Assembly: GCA_018057015.1 (NCBI GenBank)
Contig: JAGPES010000001.1
Coordinates: forward strand, 1 to 43,942
Reading direction: 5' to 3'
Length of the DNA stretch: 43,942 bases
Source of the DNA: Pseudomonadales bacterium
GTDB taxonomy: Bacteria; Pseudomonadota; Gammaproteobacteria; Pseudomonadales; UBA5518
Part shown: positions 40,552 to 43,942 of the stretch, piece after piece
How positions within the stretch are numbered: position 1 is the first letter of the stretch
How the letters are laid out: each line of letters opens with the position of its first letter
Program-made: the position numbers and the translations under genes
Notes under the pieces: generated by a model
Told to the model about the DNA's origin: nothing
Database searches by the model: none
What the model saw: only the letters and a program-made list of their open reading frames with translations

Positions 40552-42885
40552 TCATTGCTGGCGCTTCTGCGCCGCCAGCAGCAGTTCGCCCAGCGTGCCG
40601 GTCCTGGGCGCGTTGCCGCGCGGCTCGTCGCGGCGCGGCTGCTGCGGCGGGTTCGGACGTACCGGCTGTTGTGGTCGGGCCGAGCCGCGTTTCTGCCGCG
40701 GCGCGCCCTCTGCCGGCACCTCGTCGTCGAGGCGCATGGTCAGGCCGATGCGCTTGCGCGCGATGTCGACCTCCAGCACCTTCACCTTGACCACGTCGCC
40801 GGCCTTCACCACCTCGCGCGGATCCTTCACGAAACGGTTGCTGAGCGCCGAGACGTGCACCAGCCCGTCCTGGTGCACGCCGACATCCACGAAGGCGCCG
40901 AAGTTGGCAACGTTGGTCACCGTGCCTTCCAGCACCATGCCCGGCTGCAGGTGCTTCAGCTCCTCGACGCCTTCCTTGAAGGTCGCTGTGCGGAACTCTG
41001 GCCGCGGGTCGCGTCCCGGTTTTTCCAGCTCGCGCAGGATGTCGCGCACCGTGAGCTCGCCAGCCTGGGCGGTGACGAACTGGCACGGATCGAGGCCGCG
41101 CACGCGCTCGGCGTTGCCGATCAGTTCTGACACGGAACAGCCCTGCGCCGCCGCGATGCGCTCGACCACCGGATAGGACTCCGGATGCACCGCCGAGGCG
41201 TCGAGCGGGTTGTCGCCGCGCGCCACGCGCAGGAAGCCCGCGCACTGCTCGAAGGTGCGCGCGCCGAGGCGCGGCACCTGGCGCAGCGCCGCGCGCGAGC
41301 GGAACGGCCCGTGCTGGTCGCGGTGCGCCACGATGGCCTGCGCCAGCGAGCCGCCGAGGCCCGAGACGCGGCTCAGCAGCGCGGCCGAGGCGCTGTTGAG
41401 CTCGACACCCACGCTGTTCACGCAGTCCTCGACCACCGCGTCCAGGCTCCTGGACAGCCTGAGCTGGTTCAGGTCGTGCTGGTACTGACCGACACCTATC
41501 GACTTCGGTTCGATCTTCACCAGTTCGGCCAGCGGGTCCTGCAATCGGCGCCCGATCGAGATCGCGCCGCGGATGCTGACGTCGACGTCGGGGAACTCCT
41601 GCGAGGCCAGCTCGGAAGCCGAGTACACCGAGGCGCCGGCCTCGCTGACCACCACGCGGGTGAGCCCTAGCTCGGGGTGCGTGGCGATCAGTTCCGCGGC
41701 CAGCTTCTCGGTCTCGCGCGAGGCGGTGCCGTTGCCGATCGCGACCAGGTCGCTGCCGTGCTTGCGCGCGAGCGCGGCCAGCGTCTCGAGCGACTGGCGC
41801 CACTTGTTCTGCGGCACGTGCGGATAGATGGTGGTGTATTCGAGCAGCTTGCCGGTACCGTCGAGCGCCACCACCTTCACGCCGGTGCGCAGCCCGGGAT
41901 CCAGCCCGATGCAGGCGCGATGACCCGCGGGTGCGGCGAGCAGCAGATCGCGCAGGTTCGCCGCGAACACGCGTATCGCCTCGGCCTCGGCCGCCTCGCG
42001 CAGCTCCGTGAGCAGCTCGCCCACCACGTGCACCGAGAGGCGCACGCGCCAGGTCCAGCGTGCCACTTCCATCAGCCAGGCATCTGCCGGCCGGCCCTTG
42101 TCGCCGATGCCGGCATGCGCGGCGACCAGTCCCTCGCAGGGATGTGCGCTCATCTCCGCGGCACCGGGCAGGTCTATGGCCAGGTACAGCACGCCCTCGT
42201 TGCGGCCGCGGAACATCGCCAGCGCCCGGTGCGAGGGCACCTTCGCCAGCGGCTCGCTGTGCGCGAAGTAGTCGGCGAACTTGGCGCCCTCGGCCTCCTT
42301 GCCCTCGACCACGCGCGCCTGCAGCTGCCCGTCCTCGCGCAGCAGCCGGCGCACACGGCCCACCAGCTCGGCGTCCTCGGCGAAGCGCTCCATCAGGATG
42401 TGGCGCGCACCGTCCAGCACGGCCTTGGCCTCGGTGAAGCCGGCCTCGGCGTTCAGGAAGGCCGCCGCCTCGGTCACGGGATCGCGCGTGGGATCGGTGA
42501 GCAGCAGCTCGGCGAGCGGCTCGATGCCCGCCTCGCGCGCGATCTGCCCCTTGGTGCGGCGCCTGGGCTTGTACGGCAGGTAGAGATCCTCGAGGCGCGC
42601 CTTGGAATCGGCCTCGCGGATCGCGGCCTCGAGTGCGGGCGTCATCTTGCCCTGCTCGGTGATGCTCTTGACGATCGCCTCGCGACGATCCTCGAGCTCG
42701 CGCAGGTAACCGAGGCGCTGCTCCAGCGCGCGCAGCTGCACGTCGTCGAGCCCCCCGGTCACCTCCTTGCGGTAGCGCGCCACGAAGGGCACCGTGGCTC
42801 CGTCATCGAGCAACCCCACCGCCGCGGCGACCTGGTTGACGCCAACGTCAAGTTCCGCGGCAATGCGCTCTTGTATCGACAACAT
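40552..42885 (-). CDS. tex: Tex transcription accessory protein (S1 RNA-binding domain protein), 777 aa
   Basis: Internal ATG 42885 (RBS GAAGGAAG) of track ORF 40552..43098. The N-terminus is [49 protein letters not shown] YqgF/HhH middle region follows. The C-terminal S1 domain is [31 protein letters not shown]. Confidence 0.95.
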   Translation of the reverse strand: MLSIQERIAAELDVGVNQVAAAVGLLDDGATVPFVARYRKEVTGGLDDVQLRALEQRLGYLRELEDRREAIVKSITEQGKMTPALEAAIREADSKARLEDLYLPYKPRRRTKGQIAREAGIEPLAELLLTDPTRDPVTEAAAFLNAEAGFTEAKAVLDGARHILMERFAEDAELVGRVRRLLREDGQLQARVVEGKEAEGAKFADYFAHSEPLAKVPSHRALAMFRGRNEGVLYLAIDLPGAAEMSAHPCEGLVAAHAGIGDKGRPADAWLMEVARWTWRVRLSVHVVGELLTELREAAEAEAIRVFAANLRDLLLAAPAGHRACIGLDPGLRTGVKVVALDGTGKLLEYTTIYPHVPQNKWRQSLETLAALARKHGSDLVAIGNGTASRETEKLAAELIATHPELGLTRVVVSEAGASVYSASELASQEFPDVDVSIRGAISIGRRLQDPLAELVKIEPKSIGVGQYQHDLNQLRLSRSLDAVVEDCVNSVGVELNSASAALLSRVSGLGGSLAQAIVAHRDQHGPFRSRAALRQVPRLGARTFEQCAGFLRVARGDNPLDASAVHPESYPVVERIAAAQGCSVSELIGNAERVRGLDPCQFVTAQAGELTVRDILRELEKPGRDPRPEFRTATFKEGVEELKHLQPGMVLEGTVTNVANFGAFVDVGVHQDGLVHVSALSNRFVKDPREVVKAGDVVKVKVLEVDIARKRIGLTMRLDDEVPAEGAPRQKRGSARPQQPVRPNPPQQPRRDEPRGNAPRTGTLGELLLAAQKRQQ

Positions 42886-43099
42886 GCGGGTGCTTCCTTC
42901 TGCAAGGGCGCGGATTATGCGGCCCGGGGCAGGCTCTAGCGAGACTTGTGGAAACCAGCGCCTTTGGGTAGGAACGGATGGCATCGCGGCGCAACAGCAG
43001 CGGTGATGCCGCCGGTCGCGAACCCCGCCGTCAGCGGCTACTTTTGTTGCGATCACCGGGAACGGCGGCGTACGTGCACGCGTGAATACCGTGCGCACG

Positions 43100-43389
43100 T
43101 CTGCCGATTTGTCGAACCGGGGCGTTCTCCGTTCTAGTCCCCATATGTGCCATAAACGAAAACGGGCCCCGCTGGGACCCGCTTTCGTTTATGGCGCACC
43201 CGGAGAGATTGACTCGCGCCATCCCTGGCGCGCGCCCTTCGGGCGCCTGCGCTGCGCTACGGCGTCCAAATCGGCAGTCCTGCCGATTTGTCGAACCGGG
43301 GCGTTCTCCGTTCTACTCCCCATATGTGCCATAAACGAAAACGGGCCCCGCTGGGACCCGCTTTCGTTTATGGCGCACCCGGAGAGATT
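43100..43389. repeat. About 110-bp direct repeat (43100-43210 and 43280-43389, 180-bp period) containing the last 19 nt of tRNA-Arg plus its about 91-bp hairpin trailer
   Basis: The two copies differ by one substitution (TAG/TAC) and one C indel. Each ends with TGGCGCACCCGGAGAGATT, the complement of AATCTCTCCGGGTGCGCCA at the tRNA 3' end. Each contains a roughly 25-bp imperfect hairpin (TGTGCCATAAACGAAAACGGGCCCC / GGGACCCGCTTTCGTTTATGGCGCA). Confidence 0.9.
43192..43267 (-). pseudogene. Decayed tandem copy of tRNA-Arg (3' 19 nt intact, 5' acceptor/D region recognisable, anticodon and T arms destroyed)
   Basis: The minus-strand 76-mer is GGACGCCGTAGCGCAGCGCAGGCGCCCGAAGGGCGCGCGCCAGGGATGGCGCGAGTCAATCTCTCCGGGTGCGCCA. 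The functional gene is GCACCCGTAGCTCAGTTGGATAGAG...GGGAGTTCGAATCTCTCCGGGTGCGCCA. The 5' 16 nt match at about 13/16 with one indel and the T-arm region is partly similar, but no cloverleaf can be drawn. Confidence 0.45.
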
Positions 43390-43447
43390 CGAACTCCCGA
43401 CCCCCTAGTTCGTAGCCAGGTACTCTATCCAACTGAGCTACGGGTGC
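43371..43447 (-). tRNA. tRNA-Arg (anticodon ACG), 77 nt with encoded CCA
   Basis: The reverse complement is GCACCCGTAGCTCAGTTGGATAGAGTACCTGGCTACGAACTAGGGGGTCGGGAGTTCGAATCTCTCCGGGTGCGCCA. It folds as a 7-bp acceptor, a D arm, the anticodon stem CCTGG/CTAGG with loop CTACGAA, and a T arm with TTCGAAT. It closely resembles enterobacterial tRNA-Arg(ACG). Confidence 0.95.
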
Positions 43448-43458
43448 GAAGGCCGCGT

Positions 43459-43487
43459 ACTATATGGAGCCGGTCCGGCTTCGTCAA
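43459..43487 (-). promoter_or_regulatory. Sigma70-type promoter for tRNA-Arg
   Basis: The minus strand reads TTGACG (43487-43482), a 17-bp spacer, then TATAGT (43464-43459). The -10 element ends 11 nt upstream of the mature tRNA 5' end. Confidence 0.6.
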
Positions 43488-43566
43488 CCTCGCCGAAACG
43501 AGAAGTTTTACCCGCGCATCGCGTCTAGAATCCGGGGACAAGAATGTGACTGGAGTTCCGGCACCG

Positions 43567-43942
43567 ATGGACACCAAGAAAGCCCCGCTGTGGGACCTCC
43601 CGGTTCGACTGTTCCACTGGTCGTTGCCCGTGCTGCTGTTGACGGCGTGGCTCAGCGCCGAGTTCGACGCGCTGGATATCCACGAGTGGTGCGGCTACAC
43701 GGTGCTGGTACTGGTGGGTTTCCGCATCGTGTGGGGCTTCATCGGCAGCCGGCACGCGCGCTTCAGCGACTTCGTGCGCTCGCCGGCGGCCGCGATTCGC
43801 TACCTGCGCGGACGCGAACCCGAACGCGAAGGCCACAACCCGGCCGGTGCCTGGTCGGTGCTGGCGATGCTGGCACTGTTGCTGGTCCAGGGCGCGACCG
43901 GGCTGTTCAACTCGGATGACATCAGCTTCGAAGGACCACTGG
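43567..43942 (+). CDS. Cytochrome b561 / Ni-Fe hydrogenase b-type cytochrome family membrane protein, N-terminal 125 aa (runs off the window)
   Basis: Not in the track because it is open-ended. My translation from ATG 43567 is MDTKKAPLWDLPVRLFHWSLPVLLLTAWLSAEFDALDIHEWCGYTVLVLVGFRIVWGFIGSRHARFSDFVRSPAAAIRYLRGREPEREGHNPAGAWSVLAMLALLLVQGATGLF. The conserved His-containing helices are typical of PF01292-type proteins. Confidence 0.8.
   Translation, partial: MDTKKAPLWDLPVRLFHWSLPVLLLTAWLSAEFDALDIHEWCGYTVLVLVGFRIVWGFIGSRHARFSDFVRSPAAAIRYLRGREPEREGHNPAGAWSVLAMLALLLVQGATGLFNSDDISFEGPL

Noticed and set aside
43031-43408. ORFs 43082..43408 (108 aa, plus strand) and 43031..43222 (63 aa, minus strand) in the tex-tRNA intergenic region. 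ORF 43464..43919 (151 aa) was also considered.
   Set aside because: The first two run through the duplicated tRNA trailer and the tRNA gene itself, so their internal repeats merely reflect the DNA repeat. The third is out of frame with the clearly recognisable cytochrome b561-family gene that starts at 43567.
42886-43447. Genomic island or prophage integrated at tRNA-Arg.
   Set aside because: The two att-like repeats are only 180 bp apart. The repeat extends about 91 bp beyond the tRNA, which is atypical for att cores. No integrase, excisionase or compositionally foreign DNA lies next to it within the window.

Overview
43.9-kb chromosomal segment, very GC-rich by eye (about two thirds G+C, not computed). 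It most likely comes from a lipid- or hydrocarbon-oriented Gammaproteobacterium. That is an inference from REP elements with GT[AG]G heads, a DUF1302/DUF1329 cluster and a PhaF/PhaD-like gene pair, and I cannot verify the taxon. I call about 40 protein genes, about 30 of them on the minus strand, plus one tRNA-Arg(ACG). I see no transposase, integrase, phage gene or CRISPR-Cas locus. Contents in order: (1) a tightly coupled coenzyme F420 biosynthesis operon fno-cofE-cofD-cofC-cofG/fbiC (1-3946, minus); (2) a PHA-granule pair of PhaF-like phasin and divergent TetR (PhaD-like), the TetR coupled to a DUF1499 gene; (3) Hsp20, a bifunctional APH-like kinase/P-loop protein and an SDR; (4) two adjacent acyl-CoA dehydrogenases; (5) a lipid-body module of TIGR02610 PHA-system protein divergent from a patatin/DUF3336 lipase, a 57-aa rubredoxin missing from the ORF track, and a TIGR02206 membrane protein; (6) a large acetyl-CoA hydrolase/transferase and a DUF4124 protein; (7) corA, an F420-type LLM oxidoreductase and a thiolase-like protein that appears to lack catalytic residues; (8) a 15.6-kb co-directional block (37561-21933). 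Its core is FATP-type acyl-CoA synthetase, DUF1302 outer-membrane barrel, DUF1329, Ycf48/BNR propeller, MMPL/HpnN-like RND and FadD-type ligase. It is preceded by DUF1214, a periplasmic amidohydrolase, an SDR, an NTF2-like protein and a GFA-VOC fusion. (9) an LEH-like protein, a TonB-dependent receptor, tex, tRNA-Arg with a tandemly duplicated trailer and a decayed tRNA copy, and a partial cytochrome b561. Three intergenic sites carry REP arrays of two families. My best candidate for an undescribed system is the DUF1302/DUF1329/propeller/RND module bracketed by two adenylate-forming enzymes. Secondary candidates are the proteobacterial F420 system with its local client enzymes and the lipase-rubredoxin-membrane protein trio. 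All family assignments come from motif recognition by eye; no searches were run.
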